From assembly GCA_022072205.1 (NCBI GenBank), contig JAJVID010000091.1, forward strand, positions 1,192 through 65,191: a DNA stretch of 64,000 bases, given 5' to 3'. A model generated the notes under the pieces. It had not been told where the DNA came from, did no database searches, and was given only the letters and a program-made list of their open reading frames with translations. Each line of letters begins with the position of its first letter. Position 1 is the stretch's first letter. Made by a program: the position numbers and the translations under genes. Source of the DNA: Acidobacteriota bacterium. Lineage in GTDB: Bacteria > Acidobacteriota > Blastocatellia > RBC074. Below, in pieces: positions 29,136 to 40,315 of this stretch.

Positions 29136-29497
29136 GTGGATGAAGAGTACGCATAAATCCTGGGAGCGCGCGCGGATTGCGCGCCGCTATCGCAACCTTC
29201 ATCACGACGAAACCAAGCCAACTTAGCGCGTCTGAAACTCATCCGAAGGCCCCTGGAAATCAGCGGTTGCTGCTGAAATCTTGTCCGGGAATTTTTGATG
29301 GAGTTTCATTCCTGCTGAGACTATAATTCCGCCTCCGTTAGCCTTGTAGCCCCAAAGGATCCGTTCAACGGCTTTCATCTCAGGCTTGGCGTTAATTGGT
29401 TGCGCGGAATCCGAAGGCTGACGGCGCGAGTTGGAATTCCATCGTGGGCCAGGCCGCAAGAATCAAATTCAGGATTTAAGTTAAGGAACCGAAGTCA

Positions 29498-30697
29498 GTG
29501 TCAAAAGCGATTTCTGTTGTTGTCATCGGTCGAAGTTTGAACCAGCAAGAGCGAACGCGTCTGCGTAGCGCGAGCCATATCCCGCTGGCCATCGTGGCGG
29601 AATTGCCGAACGCTCCGCAGGTGCTGGACGAACTCAACCGGTTGCGTCCGCAAGCAGCGCTCGTGTTGCTCAACGGCGAACTGAACCATACATTTCAGCT
29701 CGTCGAGCGGATTCATCAGGAATTGCCGGAGACGGCGGTGATCTGTTCGTCCGAGGATAATTCTCCCGACGTTATTCTCCAGTCATTCAGATCAGGAGCT
29801 ATGGAGTTCCTGCGATTGCCGCTGGTCGAAACCGAGATTGCTTCGGTCTTTGCGAAGATTGAACAGACCGCCACGAAACCCGAAGAATCTCACGGACGCG
29901 TCATCGCTGTATACGCCAGCAAAGGTGGATGCGGGACGACGTTCGTGACGGCCAATCTGGCGGCTTCTCTGGCGCGGCTTTCGCGCAAACGCGCCTGCGT
30001 AATTGATCTGAATTTGCAGGCGGGCGATCAGCCGCTCTATCTGGGCCTGGAGCCGAATTATTCGATCCACGACATCGTCCGAAACTTCGACCGCCTGGAT
30101 GATCAGTTGATCGCCAGTTACCTGACGCAAAGATCGAAGTATCTGACGTTGCTCGCCGCGCCGACCGAAATCGGTAAAGATGAAGACGTGCGGGTTGAGC
30201 ACGTCACGCGATCAATCGCTTTGCTGCGCGCCCAGACAGAATACGTAGTGATTGACCCGCCTCGGATGTTAAATGAATTGACCATCGCCGCGCTCGACGC
30301 GGCTGATGATCTGATTCTGCTTCTGACGCTGGACATCCCGGCGATTCGCAGCGCGAAACGCGCGCTCGACATTTTCGCCCGACTCGGTTACGACCGCAGC
30401 CGGGTTAAAGTCGTGATCAACCGCTACACCAAGACTCCGGAGTTTGATCTGAAACAGGTCGGCAAGGTTTTAGAGACGGATGTCTTTGCGACGGTCGCCA
30501 ATGATTATCAGGCGGCGATCTCTTCGATCAACGTCGGCGAACCGCTGGTGCTTTCCAAGACCCAATCGCGCATAGTGCATGATTTCGGGACTCTGGCGAG
30601 CAAGTTGAGCGGTATCAGGCTGCCAAGTGAAAATTCCGAGGCCCCGGCGCGTCCGAGCCGTGGCGGCTGGACATCGCTCTTCGGCGGCAAGCGATAA
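29498..30697 (+). CDS. cpaE: CpaE/TadZ: atypical receiver domain + ParA/MinD-like ATPase
   Basis: [16 protein letters not shown] is the deviant Walker A. The N-terminal receiver-like fold has Asn (LVLLNGE) where the phospho-Asp would be, as in TadZ ARD domains. Confidence 0.85.
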   Translation: MSKAISVVVIGRSLNQQERTRLRSASHIPLAIVAELPNAPQVLDELNRLRPQAALVLLNGELNHTFQLVERIHQELPETAVICSSEDNSPDVILQSFRSGAMEFLRLPLVETEIASVFAKIEQTATKPEESHGRVIAVYASKGGCGTTFVTANLAASLARLSRKRACVIDLNLQAGDQPLYLGLEPNYSIHDIVRNFDRLDDQLIASYLTQRSKYLTLLAAPTEIGKDEDVRVEHVTRSIALLRAQTEYVVIDPPRMLNELTIAALDAADDLILLLTLDIPAIRSAKRALDIFARLGYDRSRVKVVINRYTKTPEFDLKQVGKVLETDVFATVANDYQAAISSINVGEPLVLSKTQSRIVHDFGTLASKLSGIRLPSENSEAPARPSRGGWTSLFGGKR

Positions 30698-30734
30698 GAA
30701 GGCAGGCGAATATTTTGCGCTACAACCGCTGATC

Positions 30735-30752
30735 ATATTTCATATGAAATAT
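30735..30752. promoter_or_regulatory. 18-bp perfect palindrome upstream of cpaF (candidate operator)
   Basis: ATATTTCATATGAAATAT is self-complementary. An extra GAAATAT half-site lies 9 nt downstream. It sits in the 250-bp cpaE-cpaF gap. Confidence 0.4.
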
Positions 30753-30947
30753 CGCATAGGAAATATGGTCTGATCGCTGCTTCCGGTTCCTGGCGTCGTC
30801 TTTGTTTCAGGTTTGCTCTCATCCGGTCGGCAATCGTCATCACTGATTTTGCGCCAGACCGGTTCTTGCCGGGGCGGCTGCCCCCACACACACAAACCCG
30901 GCGTTCAACTGCCCCCAAAAACTAGGCCCGAAAAAAAATAGAAAAAT

Positions 30948-32288
30948 ATGTCAGTTCTCAAAGAAAGATTACAAGAACAGCAGAACGGGTCTGCTTCACG
31001 CGCTACGGGCGCTTTGCGGGCGTCGAACGAATTGCAGGAACTCAAAGCCCGCGTTCACCGCATCCTGATCAATAAACTCGACCTGAGCAAACTGGAGAAC
31101 GCCGACCCGGAAGTAGTTCAGAAGGACGTGAAGAAGGTCATCGAGCGCATTCTCGATGACGAGAACGCGCCGCTCTCCGGGATTGAACGCGAACAGGTTC
31201 AAACCGACGTGCTGCACGAATTGTTCGGCCTCGGCCCGCTCGAACCGTTGTTGGCGGACAAAGGCATTTCCGATATTCTGGTCAACGGCTGGCGCAATGT
31301 TTACATCGAGCGGCGCGGCAAGCTCGAAAAAGTTGATGTCACGTTCCGCGATGACGCGCACCTGCTGCAGATCATTGACCGTATCGTGTCGCGCATCGGG
31401 CGCCGCGTTGACGAATCTTCTCCGATGGTGGACGCGCGTTTGTCTGACGGATCGCGCGTCAACGCCATCATCCCGCCGCTGGCGATTGACGGCCCCGTGC
31501 TCTCGATTCGCCGTTTCGGGGCTGAGCCGCTGACAATCAAAAACCTGATTGAACTGAAAGCGCTCACGCCGCCGCTCGTGCAGATGCTGGAGGCCTGCGT
31601 CAAATCGCGTCTCAACGTTCTGGTTTCTGGCGGAACCGGCGCCGGAAAGACCACCATGCTCAATTGTCTTTCGGGTTTCATTCCCAACGATGAACGTCTG
31701 GTGACGATTGAAGACTCGGCGGAGTTGCTGTTGCAACAGCCGCATGTGGTTCGGCTGGAAACGCGCCCGCCCAACATCGAAGGACGCGGCGAAGTGACGC
31801 AGCGCAGCCTGCTCCGCAACTCGCTCCGTATGCGTCCCGACCGAATCATCGTCGGCGAGGTTCGCGGCGACGAGGCGATTGACATGTTACAGGCCATGAA
31901 CACCGGTCACGACGGCGGTATGACCACCATCCACGCCAACACGCCGCGCGACGCCCTGGCCCGTCTCGAAACGATGATCGCCATGGCCAATTTGCGTATT
32001 TCCGATAAAGCCATGCGCCAGCAGATCAGCTCCGCCATCAATCTGATCATCCAGGTTTCGCGCATGGGCGACGGTTCGCGCAAAGTCGTGAGCGTCTCCG
32101 AAATCATCGGCATGGAAGGCGAGATCATCACGATGCAGGAAGTTTACAGATTCGTGCGCACCGGCGTCGGGCCGAAAGGCGAGGTGCTCGGCCAGTTCCG
32201 ACCGACGGGCATCAGGCCGCGTTTTTCGGAACGACTTGAACAGTACGGTTTCAGACTGCCGCCGAACGTCTTCGAGGCGGCGTTTTAA
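30948..32288 (+). CDS. cpaF: CpaF/TadA secretion ATPase
   Basis: Walker [12 protein letters not shown], Asp box, Walker [10 protein letters not shown] and His box [13 protein letters not shown]. Confidence 0.95.
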   Translation: MSVLKERLQEQQNGSASRATGALRASNELQELKARVHRILINKLDLSKLENADPEVVQKDVKKVIERILDDENAPLSGIEREQVQTDVLHELFGLGPLEPLLADKGISDILVNGWRNVYIERRGKLEKVDVTFRDDAHLLQIIDRIVSRIGRRVDESSPMVDARLSDGSRVNAIIPPLAIDGPVLSIRRFGAEPLTIKNLIELKALTPPLVQMLEACVKSRLNVLVSGGTGAGKTTMLNCLSGFIPNDERLVTIEDSAELLLQQPHVVRLETRPPNIEGRGEVTQRSLLRNSLRMRPDRIIVGEVRGDEAIDMLQAMNTGHDGGMTTIHANTPRDALARLETMIAMANLRISDKAMRQQISSAINLIIQVSRMGDGSRKVVSVSEIIGMEGEIITMQEVYRFVRTGVGPKGEVLGQFRPTGIRPRFSERLEQYGFRLPPNVFEAAF

Positions 32289-32304
32289 ATGAGTCAGGGG
32301 AGCT

Positions 32305-33276
32305 ATGGGCGGACTACTTTTCATTCTCATTCTCTTCGCATTCGTCCTGCTGACGGTGGCGATCTATTTTTTCGTCAGCCGGGACACCGATCAATATCGC
32401 CGCCGGATTGACGAACGGTTGAAGCAGTTGGTGCAGGAGCGCGGAGGCGCGAGCCAGCGCGAAATGCAACTTCTCAAGGAGGAACTGCTCAGCAACGTGC
32501 CGGCGTTCCACCGGGCGCTGATTCGCTTCGAGGTCTTCAATAATCTGCAGGCGGTGTTGCGTCAGGCCGACCTGAAGGTGTCGGTTTACCGTTTCGTGAT
32601 CTCCAGCCTGATTGGAGGCTTCGTCGTGGGAGTAGTGGTCTTCTTCATCTCCGGCTCACTGATGGCGATGTTGATGACGGCGGTGGTAGTTATGGTGATC
32701 CCTTTGATAGTCGTGCGGAACAAGCGGAGCCGCCGTTTCCGAAGCTTTCTGGAGCAGTTGCCCGACGCGTTGGAACTGATGGTGCGTTCGTTGCAGGCCG
32801 GGCACAGTTTCAGTTCGGCTCTGCAGATGGTTGCGACGGAAATGCCCGACCCAATCGCGCGCGAGTTCGGCAAGACTTATGAAGAGCAGAACCTGGGGTT
32901 GAATATCAAAGCGGCGCTTGAAAATCTGGCTGAGCGGGTGCCGATTCTCGATCTCAAACTTTGCGTTACGGCGGTGCTGATCCAGCGCGAGATTGGCGGC
33001 AACCTTTCCGAAGTTCTGCGGAACATCAGCCACACGATCCGCGAAAGGTTCCGCATCCAGGGGGAGATCAGAGTCAAGTCGGCGCAGGCGAGATTGTCTG
33101 GGTACATCGTCAGCGCGCTGCCGTTCTTTCTCTTTTTCTGGATCAACATTTTCAATCCCGCTTACATGAGGACGCTTTATGATCATCCTTACGGCGTCCT
33201 TATACTCGGAACGGGCGTGGTGATGCAGATCGTCGGCTGGCTGATCATTCGCAAGATCGTCAACATTCAAATTTAG
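32305..33276 (+). CDS. tadB: TadB (GspF-like inner-membrane platform protein)
   Basis: T2SSF domain: [22 protein letters not shown]...ENL, with terminal TM helices. Confidence 0.85.
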   Translation: MGGLLFILILFAFVLLTVAIYFFVSRDTDQYRRRIDERLKQLVQERGGASQREMQLLKEELLSNVPAFHRALIRFEVFNNLQAVLRQADLKVSVYRFVISSLIGGFVVGVVVFFISGSLMAMLMTAVVVMVIPLIVVRNKRSRRFRSFLEQLPDALELMVRSLQAGHSFSSALQMVATEMPDPIAREFGKTYEEQNLGLNIKAALENLAERVPILDLKLCVTAVLIQREIGGNLSEVLRNISHTIRERFRIQGEIRVKSAQARLSGYIVSALPFFLFFWINIFNPAYMRTLYDHPYGVLILGTGVVMQIVGWLIIRKIVNIQI

Positions 33277-33358
33277 GAGGGAGTGGGGAATGTGAAGTAG
33301 GGGGAGGGAGTTATAGATCGCTAAACGAGCAAACTCACTACCCACTCTCTACTCCCGA
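33277..33358. repeat. degenerate heptamer-based inverted repeat between tadB and tadC
   Basis: GGGAGTGGGGAATG (33281-33294) is identical to 57061-57074. The downstream ACTCACTACCCACTCTCTACTCCC is an imperfect reverse complement (about two thirds of positions pair). Confidence 0.45.
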
Positions 33359-33367
33359 AAGGCGCTT

Positions 33368-34306
33368 ATGGATATTAACAGCCTGATACTTTTTGGTTCT
33401 CTGGCCTTTGCCGTCGGCAGCGGGATATTGGCTTTTTACTGGTTGTGGGCGCGACCGGCCAATCCGGTTGGAGACCGGTTGAGAGAGATCAACCCACACG
33501 CGGCTGAAGACTCTCCGTCTCAGCCGGTTTCGACCATCATTGTCGAACAGGTCGCCAAACGAATGGATCAGATCGCGCCGACTCCGTCGCCTCGGAATGT
33601 GCGCCGGTTGCGCAGACGTTTGATCCAGGCGGGGTTTTTCGATGAAAACGCGGTGACAATCTACCGCGTAATCCGGCTGATCTCAGCGGTGGCGTTTCCG
33701 GCCATCATGTTCTTTACGCTGACCGTCCTGCTTGGTTGGCCGGTTGATGTGACGACGCTGGGCGGAACGGTGCTTGCGCTCCTTTACGGCATGTTCCTGC
33801 CGTCGTTCTTCCTTTCGCGGATGATCTCGAACCGGAAAGGGCGGATTACGCGGGCGCTGCCTGACGCGCTGGATTTGATGGTCGTATGCGTCGAGGCGGG
33901 ACTGGGCTTGAACGCTGCGCTGCAACGCGTCGGACGTGAGATGGAACTTGTCGAGCCTGATCTGTCGGAAGAGATGGCCATCACCAACCGCGAGATTCGC
34001 GCGGGTAAGCCGCGCGACGAGGCGCTGCGCAACCTGGGTTCCCGCACCGGCGTGGATGATGTGAAATCTCTGGTGGCGATGCTGGTGCAGACGGACCGTT
34101 TCGGAACTTCAATTGCCGACAGCTTGCGCGTCTTCGCCGATTCGATGCGCACTAAACGCCGCCAGCGCGCCGAGGAACTCGTGGCCAAAGCGGCGATCAA
34201 GTTGATTTTTCCGCTGCTGTTATGTATTTTCCCCGCGCTGCTGATTGTGCTGATGGGGCCTGCGCTGATCAGAATCTGGACTCTGTTTGGCGCCGTCTCT
34301 CAATAA
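33368..34306 (+). CDS. tadC: TadC (GspF-like inner-membrane platform protein)
   Basis: T2SSF domain: [22 protein letters not shown]...R...G, with terminal TM helices. Confidence 0.85.
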   Translation: MDINSLILFGSLAFAVGSGILAFYWLWARPANPVGDRLREINPHAAEDSPSQPVSTIIVEQVAKRMDQIAPTPSPRNVRRLRRRLIQAGFFDENAVTIYRVIRLISAVAFPAIMFFTLTVLLGWPVDVTTLGGTVLALLYGMFLPSFFLSRMISNRKGRITRALPDALDLMVVCVEAGLGLNAALQRVGREMELVEPDLSEEMAITNREIRAGKPRDEALRNLGSRTGVDDVKSLVAMLVQTDRFGTSIADSLRVFADSMRTKRRQRAEELVAKAAIKLIFPLLLCIFPALLIVLMGPALIRIWTLFGAVSQ

Positions 34307-34385
34307 GCTGAATCGGCAAACCGGCCATCTGGATACTCAAACGCCCTAAAAATATGACGCTGAAATTCTAAACAAGGAGACCCCC

Positions 34386-34547
34386 ATGCAGATTTTGGCT
34401 GCTCTGCTTCTGCAAGCAGAACCAGAAAGACCTGACCTGACGCTTAACTACATTATCATTGGCTTTCTTTTGGTAATTGCCGCGATTCTGAGTGTGATAG
34501 TCGTGCGTCGCCGTATGCGCGAACGCGATGACGACTGGGATAGCTGA
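34386..34547 (+). CDS. 53-aa single-pass membrane peptide (not in ORF track)
   Basis: An AAGGAGA RBS lies 6 nt upstream. The product is MQILAALLLQAEPERPDLTLNYIIIGFLLVIAAILSVIVVRRRMRERDDDWDS, with one TM helix and a basic stop-transfer. It sits between tadC and DUF192. Confidence 0.45.
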   Translation: MQILAALLLQAEPERPDLTLNYIIIGFLLVIAAILSVIVVRRRMRERDDDWDS

Positions 34548-34597
34548 ATTCAGGCGAGAAGCCAATCTCAGATTTGAGATTGGCCATCGCAATCGAA

Positions 34598-34942
34598 ATG
34601 AAGATTTATCATCGCGCGACCGGGCAATGTCTGGCTGAAAAGGTCGCGCTCGCCAACACAGTTTTCAAGCGGCTTCGCGGATTGATGTTCCGCCGCCGCC
34701 TCGCCCCCGCCGAAGCGATTTGGCTGCGCCCCTGCAACGGCGTCCACACTTTCTGGATGCTCTTCGCGATTGACGTGATCTTTCTCGATCAACAACTGCG
34801 AATCGTCAAGCTGGTTGAAAATATGCGCCCGTTCCGCGTGACTTCGCCGCAACTGGCCGCGCGCAGTGTGGTGGAAATGCCCGCGCACACGATCTCGCGC
34901 GCCTCGCTCAAAGTGGGCGATCAGCTTGAAATCGTGCGCTGA
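34598..34942 (+). CDS. DUF192 (COG1430) domain protein
   Basis: [17 protein letters not shown]...[17 protein letters not shown]...VVEMPA...KVGDQLEI follows the DUF192 consensus. Confidence 0.75.
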   Translation: MKIYHRATGQCLAEKVALANTVFKRLRGLMFRRRLAPAEAIWLRPCNGVHTFWMLFAIDVIFLDQQLRIVKLVENMRPFRVTSPQLAARSVVEMPAHTISRASLKVGDQLEIVR

Positions 34943-34955
34943 CACGCCTCTCACA

Positions 34956-36614
34956 ATGACGCAGGCAAAAAGGCCAACAGGAGAAGACAGCCGATCAAGG
35001 AACAAAAAAGTCGGCGCGATCGCGCGCTGGCTTCTCCCTTCGACCGGCAGTTACTGCCTGCTGATCGCGCTCTTCCTGCTGGTCAACAACTCGTGGCGAT
35101 TTCTGATTGACAGCGACACGGGATGGCACATCCGCGCGGGCGAGTTGATCCTTGAAACCCACGCTGTCCCGCAGCGCGACGTGTTTTCGCACACGATGGC
35201 CGGGCGCGAATGGTTCGCGTGGGAGTGGTTGACCGATGTGATGATGGCGGCGCTGCATCACCAGTGGGGATTGGCCGGTGTGGTCGGCGGGGCGTTTCTG
35301 GTTTTACTGGCGAGTTACGCCGCGCTTTACCGGATGGCGCTCCGGCGTGGCGCTGATCCGATGATCACCCTCGCCGTTACGATCTTTGCAGTCTTGTGCG
35401 GCATCGTTCACTGGCTGGCGCGCCCGCATCTGGTTTCCATCGCGTTGATGGTCGCCTGGTATGCGGCGGTGGAAAGCTTTCGGCGAGATCGAAGCAGGTG
35501 GATTTACCTCCTGCCGCTGCTGATCGCGCTATGGGCCAATTTGCATGGCGCTTTTGTCGTTACGTTCATAATCCTTGCGGTTTATGCCGCAGGCGAGTGG
35601 GCTGAGTTTGCGGCGCGCGGCGAATGTGGCGCGGCGTCAATGTGGCGGGTGTTGCGAACCTACGCGGTTGTCGGAGCGCTTTCGGCGGTTGCCGCGCTCG
35701 CGACGCCGTACGGATTCAAACTTTACGGCCATCTTTGGCGATATTTGACAGATGCGAAACTGCTCTCGACCATCAGCGAATTTCAGTCGCCTGATTTCCA
35801 CATGCTGGACGGCAAGCTGATTGAAATTCTTCTGCTCCTGGCTGCAATCGCGGCGGCGAACGCGATCCGGCAGCGCCGCTTCGTCGAAGTGGGACTGCTG
35901 ATTTTGTGGGGGCACATGACACTGCGATCGGAGCGGCACGTCACGCTGGCCGTCGTGATACTGGCTCCGATCATCGCTGAACAATTCAGCGCGTTGACCG
36001 CCGAATTTGCTGACCGCGCGACCGCAGGGATGGGCAGGGCGGCGCGAGTCCTCCGAACCGCGCGCGGCTGGTATCGTGAAACGATGGGGATTGACCGGCA
36101 ATTGACCGGAGCCTTTGCCGCCGCCGCCGTCTTCGTTTTTGTCATTGCCGTGATGGGTAGCGGATTGGCGGAGAAAATTTTGTCGCCGCATTTCAGTCCG
36201 AACCGCTTCCCGGTGGCCGCCGCCGATTTCATCCTGCGAACGAAGCCGGAAGACCAGCTTCAGGGCCGGTTAAACGGGAAGATGTACTCTTCGGATCAGT
36301 TCGGCGGTTATTTGATTTACAGGCTCTACCCGCAGTTCAAGGTCTTCGTTGACGGACGCAGCGATTTTTACCGGCGCGGCGCGGTGTTGGATGACTACGA
36401 CAAGATCGCGACCGTCAAGCCGCAATGGTCGGAACTGCTGGACAAATACGATATACAGTGGATGACGTTGCGCCGCGACGAACCGCTTGCGCTGATCGCG
36501 CTGATGAGCGGGCGTTGGCGGAGCGTTTATGAAGATTCGGTAGCTCAGATTCTGATCAGGAAACCCGTTCAACCCGATCAAGCAATGGACAGCCAAACGA
36601 ACAACGTCAAATAG
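34956..36614 (+). CDS. polytopic membrane protein with C-terminal soluble domain, GT-C-like (unknown function)
   Basis: ATG 34956. The loop motif [15 protein letters not shown]...[20 protein letters not shown] and WANLHGAF resemble ArnT/PMT-like membrane enzymes. There are about 11 TM helices. Confidence 0.55.
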   Translation: MTQAKRPTGEDSRSRNKKVGAIARWLLPSTGSYCLLIALFLLVNNSWRFLIDSDTGWHIRAGELILETHAVPQRDVFSHTMAGREWFAWEWLTDVMMAALHHQWGLAGVVGGAFLVLLASYAALYRMALRRGADPMITLAVTIFAVLCGIVHWLARPHLVSIALMVAWYAAVESFRRDRSRWIYLLPLLIALWANLHGAFVVTFIILAVYAAGEWAEFAARGECGAASMWRVLRTYAVVGALSAVAALATPYGFKLYGHLWRYLTDAKLLSTISEFQSPDFHMLDGKLIEILLLLAAIAAANAIRQRRFVEVGLLILWGHMTLRSERHVTLAVVILAPIIAEQFSALTAEFADRATAGMGRAARVLRTARGWYRETMGIDRQLTGAFAAAAVFVFVIAVMGSGLAEKILSPHFSPNRFPVAAADFILRTKPEDQLQGRLNGKMYSSDQFGGYLIYRLYPQFKVFVDGRSDFYRRGAVLDDYDKIATVKPQWSELLDKYDIQWMTLRRDEPLALIALMSGRWRSVYEDSVAQILIRKPVQPDQAMDSQTNNVK

Positions 36615-36675
36615 CTCCGGCCTTTGCTGTTGTTCATCAAATGCCCGTGAAGGGGCTTAAGAAAGGTTGTGAATT

Positions 36676-37761
36676 ATGGCTTGGAACAAATTCTTTCGTT
36701 ATTTGCGTCAACCTGCGATTACGGCTGTCGTTGTGATCGCGCTGTCGCTTGTCGCCGTGACTGCGATTCCGAGCGTGCGCACGCGCGTCAGCTCAAGTCT
36801 GGGTTCGGGCGCCAATCTCTTCCTGTTCGATGATGACGCTTCTGACGAGGCGTCAGGAGAAGCTTCCGCAGAAGCGGCGCCGGAGGGCAAGAACGGCGCG
36901 CCATCCGAAGGCAAGAAACGCAACGGGTTCAAACGAGTAGTGACCGCGCCGGTGCGGTTGTTCGCCCGCCTGTTCAGGAGGAAAGACAACAACGAAATGG
37001 CGATGAAGAAGGCGAGCGAGAAGGATTTTGAGAAGATGAAGATGATCCCGATGAACCGCACGCGGGACGGCATCGCCGACGCCAACAACGGGCTTGCGCC
37101 GGAAGCCACCACCGCCGAAGTCGCGGCGAAGAACCTGTTTGAAGAGGCGATTGAATTGCACGATAGAGGCCGGCTCGATGGTTCGATTGAAAAGCTGGTG
37201 GCCTCGACCGTGCTGCAACCCAATTTCGCCGAGGCTTTCAATCTGCTTGGGGTTTGTTACGACGAGAAAGGCCAATATCGTCTTGCGCAGGAAGAATACA
37301 AGAAGGCCTTGAAGATCGAATCCAACAACGCCCGGTTCCTGAACAATCTCGGCTATTCGTGCTATCTGTCGAACGATTTCGGCAATGCCGTCAAGTATTA
37401 CAACAAGGGGTTGAAGATCACGCCGAACGACCGCCGCATGCACAACAACATCGGATTGGCATACGGACGCAAAGGCGATTACGACAAGGCGAAGCAGCAT
37501 TTCGTGATCGCTGTCGGCGAAAACGGCGCGAATCTCAATCTCGGTTACGTCTACAGCCAGCAGGGCAAATATGAAGACGCGATCAAATATTACGAAGCCG
37601 CGCTTCGCTCACAGCCGCAATCGCTTCCCGCGCTGAGCAATCTGGCCAGCCTTTACGAACGCACGGGCCGGTTGCGCGAGGCCGCCACACTCAACGATCA
37701 ATACAAGAAGTTGGCCGTAGCCGCGCAGCAAAAAGATCAGACTGTTGATCAGGATCGGTAA
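36676..37761 (+). CDS. membrane-anchored TPR repeat protein (TadD-like)
   Basis: N-terminal TM helix, an acidic/low-complexity linker, then about 6 TPR units ([32 protein letters not shown]...). Confidence 0.7.
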   Translation: MAWNKFFRYLRQPAITAVVVIALSLVAVTAIPSVRTRVSSSLGSGANLFLFDDDASDEASGEASAEAAPEGKNGAPSEGKKRNGFKRVVTAPVRLFARLFRRKDNNEMAMKKASEKDFEKMKMIPMNRTRDGIADANNGLAPEATTAEVAAKNLFEEAIELHDRGRLDGSIEKLVASTVLQPNFAEAFNLLGVCYDEKGQYRLAQEEYKKALKIESNNARFLNNLGYSCYLSNDFGNAVKYYNKGLKITPNDRRMHNNIGLAYGRKGDYDKAKQHFVIAVGENGANLNLGYVYSQQGKYEDAIKYYEAALRSQPQSLPALSNLASLYERTGRLREAATLNDQYKKLAVAAQQKDQTVDQDR

Positions 37762-37763
37762 TC

Positions 37764-37866
37764 GGTGGTTGGTGGTTGGTGGTTGGTGGTTAGCCGTCTT
37801 TTGAGCGGTCAATCATTCATCGCCGATCACTTCCTGCCAACCACCAATCACCAACCACCAACCACC
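37764..37866. repeat. inverted arrays of heptamer GGTGGTT x4 / AACCACC x4 (28-bp stem, 47-nt loop)
   Basis: (GGTGGTT)4 at 37764-37791 pairs with AACCACC AATCACC AACCACC AACCACC at 37839-37866, with one mismatch. It starts 3 nt after the TPR stop and ends 16 nt before the next ATG. Confidence 0.85.
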
Positions 37867-37882
37867 CAGCTTATGTCAGCTT

Positions 37883-39157
37883 ATGAATGAAGCAGTACAA
37901 GCCAGAATGGAAGCTTTTGCGCCTCCGGTTACAGAATCCATTGAGGCTACGGGACTTTCTTTTCAGTTCCTAGCCGATCTGGCGCTCAAGATTTCCGCGA
38001 CTGAAAGCACGCTGACGACGGCCACAATATCCGATCGGATGTGTTTGCCTCTGACGCTGGTCGAACAGATGATGCAGCACCTTTACCGCGAGAAACTGGT
38101 CGAGATTCGCGGGAGCGTTGGGTTCAGCAACAATCGTTACGCGCTGCTCGATCGCGGATGGGATCAGTTGAAGCGCGTCATGGAGATTTCAGGCTACGTC
38201 GGCCCTGCGCCGGTTTCGCTTGCGGCTTACAGCGCGATGATGCGTTCGCAGGCTCAGCCCGAAGAACTGATCGGGCCTGATCAGGTGGCCGACGCGTTTC
38301 ACGATCTGGTTTTGCCCGACAGCTTGCTCCAGACGCTCGGGTTTGCGATCAATTCGCGCCGCAGCCTTTTCATCTCCGGCATTCCCGGCACCGGCAAGAC
38401 CTCCGTCGCCGAACGTATCAACAACGCGCTGCTGACGCCGATCTGGGTTCCTTACGCCGTCGCGATTGATGAACACGTCATCAACATTTACGACGCGCAC
38501 AATCACGACCGCACTCTGGACGAAGATAATTTCGACGTTTTCGACCGCCGCTGGCTGCGTATCGCGCGCCCGTTGATCATCGTCGGCGGCGAGATGACTC
38601 TGGAAAGCACCGACCTGATCTACAATCGCGCGGCGCGTTATTACGAGGCCCCATTCCAGATCAAGGCCAATTGCGGCACGCTGGTGATTGACGATTTTGG
38701 CCGCCAGCGGGTCGAGCCGGAAGAACTGCTCAACCGGTGGATCATTCCGCTCGAACGCAAGGTTGATTTTCTGACTCTGCACACCGGCAAGAAAATCAGC
38801 GTGCCTTTTGAACAACTGGTTGTTTTCTCGACCAACCTCGAACCGAGCCGGTTGGTTGACGAAGCCTTCCTGCGGCGAATGGGTTACCGCGTTCGCGTCG
38901 AACCGCCTTCCGAAGAAACCTACCGCAGAATTTTTGAAAGGTATGCCGAAAACGCTGGCGTCTATTACGACAGATCAGTGCTCGATTACCTGCTTTCGAA
39001 ATATGAGGCTGAAAAGCGCGTGATGAAAGCCTGCGAGCCGCGCGACCTGCTCAGCCGGTTTCTGGACATCTGCCAGTACAAAAATCTGCAGCCGACGCTC
39101 ACCCCGGACCTGCTCGATCTGGCCTGGAATAATTACTTCGGCGTCGCGCACGTTTGA
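37883..39157 (+). CDS. AAA+ ATPase with N-terminal winged-helix-like domain
   Basis: Walker [11 protein letters not shown], Walker [12 protein letters not shown] and the sensor/Arg region [10 protein letters not shown]. The N-terminus [29 protein letters not shown] looks wHTH-like. Confidence 0.7.
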   Translation: MNEAVQARMEAFAPPVTESIEATGLSFQFLADLALKISATESTLTTATISDRMCLPLTLVEQMMQHLYREKLVEIRGSVGFSNNRYALLDRGWDQLKRVMEISGYVGPAPVSLAAYSAMMRSQAQPEELIGPDQVADAFHDLVLPDSLLQTLGFAINSRRSLFISGIPGTGKTSVAERINNALLTPIWVPYAVAIDEHVINIYDAHNHDRTLDEDNFDVFDRRWLRIARPLIIVGGEMTLESTDLIYNRAARYYEAPFQIKANCGTLVIDDFGRQRVEPEELLNRWIIPLERKVDFLTLHTGKKISVPFEQLVVFSTNLEPSRLVDEAFLRRMGYRVRVEPPSEETYRRIFERYAENAGVYYDRSVLDYLLSKYEAEKRVMKACEPRDLLSRFLDICQYKNLQPTLTPDLLDLAWNNYFGVAHV

Positions 39158-39181
39158 AAATCCCGTGAGAATTTAAGCTGT

Positions 39182-40084
39182 ATGCGTCTGAGCTTTGTCG
39201 CTAAAAGGCCGATGATGGTCATCCTGGTTTGCCTGCTGTTGTGCGCCGCCGGCGTGCGAGCGGACGAATTGCATCTGAAGAACGGGCGTATGGTCGAGGC
39301 CGAGGAGGTTTGGGAAGTGGGCGACGCGATTTGGTACCGGCAGGGAAAGGTCATCGCTTCGTTCGCCAGGACGGATGTCGCCCGGATTACGAAATCGAAA
39401 CCGGCGCCGGCGGCCAGCCTTTCATCTGTCAGTAATTCAGGCGAAAGCGCCAATGGCGATGAAATGGTGACGCGCACGGTGTCGCGGATTTTGCTCAAAG
39501 GCGGGAGGCAGATTGACGCCGACGCCGTCTGGGAAAATTCGGGATTGGTCGGTTACCGGCTGGGCAAGATGCAAACCGTCATTGACCGCAGAGATGTCGA
39601 ACGTATCGTCCACGATGTCACGGTCACCGAACCGAAGTCCGTGGCGGCTAATGCGAGTTTGCGTTACACGACCGGGCATAGCGGACTTGACCGGCTGATC
39701 GCATACAGCGGCGACAAGTACGACATTGATCCGACGCTGATCTTTCTGATAATGCGCGAAGAGTCGAGGTTCAATCATCGGGCCGTTTCGCGCGTCGGCG
39801 CGCGTGGATTGATGCAATTGATGCCGGGAACGGCGGCCAAACTCGGCGTTCGGAACATTCACGATCCGGTAGAAAATGTTGACGCGGGCACCAGGTATCT
39901 GCGCACTTTGCTGGAGATGTTCAACGGAGATGTTAATCTGGCTCTGGCAGCGTATAATGCCGGCGAAGGCGCCGTGATGAAATACGGCCGCCGCATTCCG
40001 CCGTACCGTGAAACGATGAATTACGTCTGGCGGATCAACACGGCTTATCGTCGCGCGATGGCTGCTAATCGGAATGAGAAATAG
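39182..40084 (+). CDS. secreted lytic transglycosylase (SLT domain)
   Basis: Signal peptide, then [26 protein letters not shown]...AGTRYL...[10 protein letters not shown], the catalytic Glu-Ser context of family 1 LTs. Confidence 0.85.
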   Translation: MRLSFVAKRPMMVILVCLLLCAAGVRADELHLKNGRMVEAEEVWEVGDAIWYRQGKVIASFARTDVARITKSKPAPAASLSSVSNSGESANGDEMVTRTVSRILLKGGRQIDADAVWENSGLVGYRLGKMQTVIDRRDVERIVHDVTVTEPKSVAANASLRYTTGHSGLDRLIAYSGDKYDIDPTLIFLIMREESRFNHRAVSRVGARGLMQLMPGTAAKLGVRNIHDPVENVDAGTRYLRTLLEMFNGDVNLALAAYNAGEGAVMKYGRRIPPYRETMNYVWRINTAYRRAMAANRNEK

Positions 40085-40279
40085 ACAGGATTGACCGGAT
40101 CAATGACGCCTGCGAGCGGTTGATATTATTCTTGAAGACGCCGTGATTCCTGTCTATGGTTGGTTCACTCACTGACTCGCGATACCCCTTCCTCCGAGTC
40201 TGTGTCACTGGGTACAGTCTCCCTGCTGTAATGAAGCCGCAATCGTAGCAGCGCCCGCCGAGGAGCCTTCAGGTAGAAA

Positions 40280-40306
40280 TTTTCACGTAAGCCCTTTTCA
40301 CGTAAG
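40280..40306 (+). repeat. direct repeat TTTTCACGTAAG x2 abutting the RBS of 40316
   Basis: Copies are at 40280-40291 and 40295-40306, spaced by CCC. The second copy runs into the AGGAGG RBS. Confidence 0.35.
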
Positions 40307-40315
40307 GAGGATTGT

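Noticed and set aside
37764-37866. CRISPR array (also considered for 55659..55706 and 57052..57130)
   Set aside because: The repeat unit is only 7 nt, the units are contiguous without spacers, and no cas genes are present. These are simple tandem/inverted heptamer arrays.
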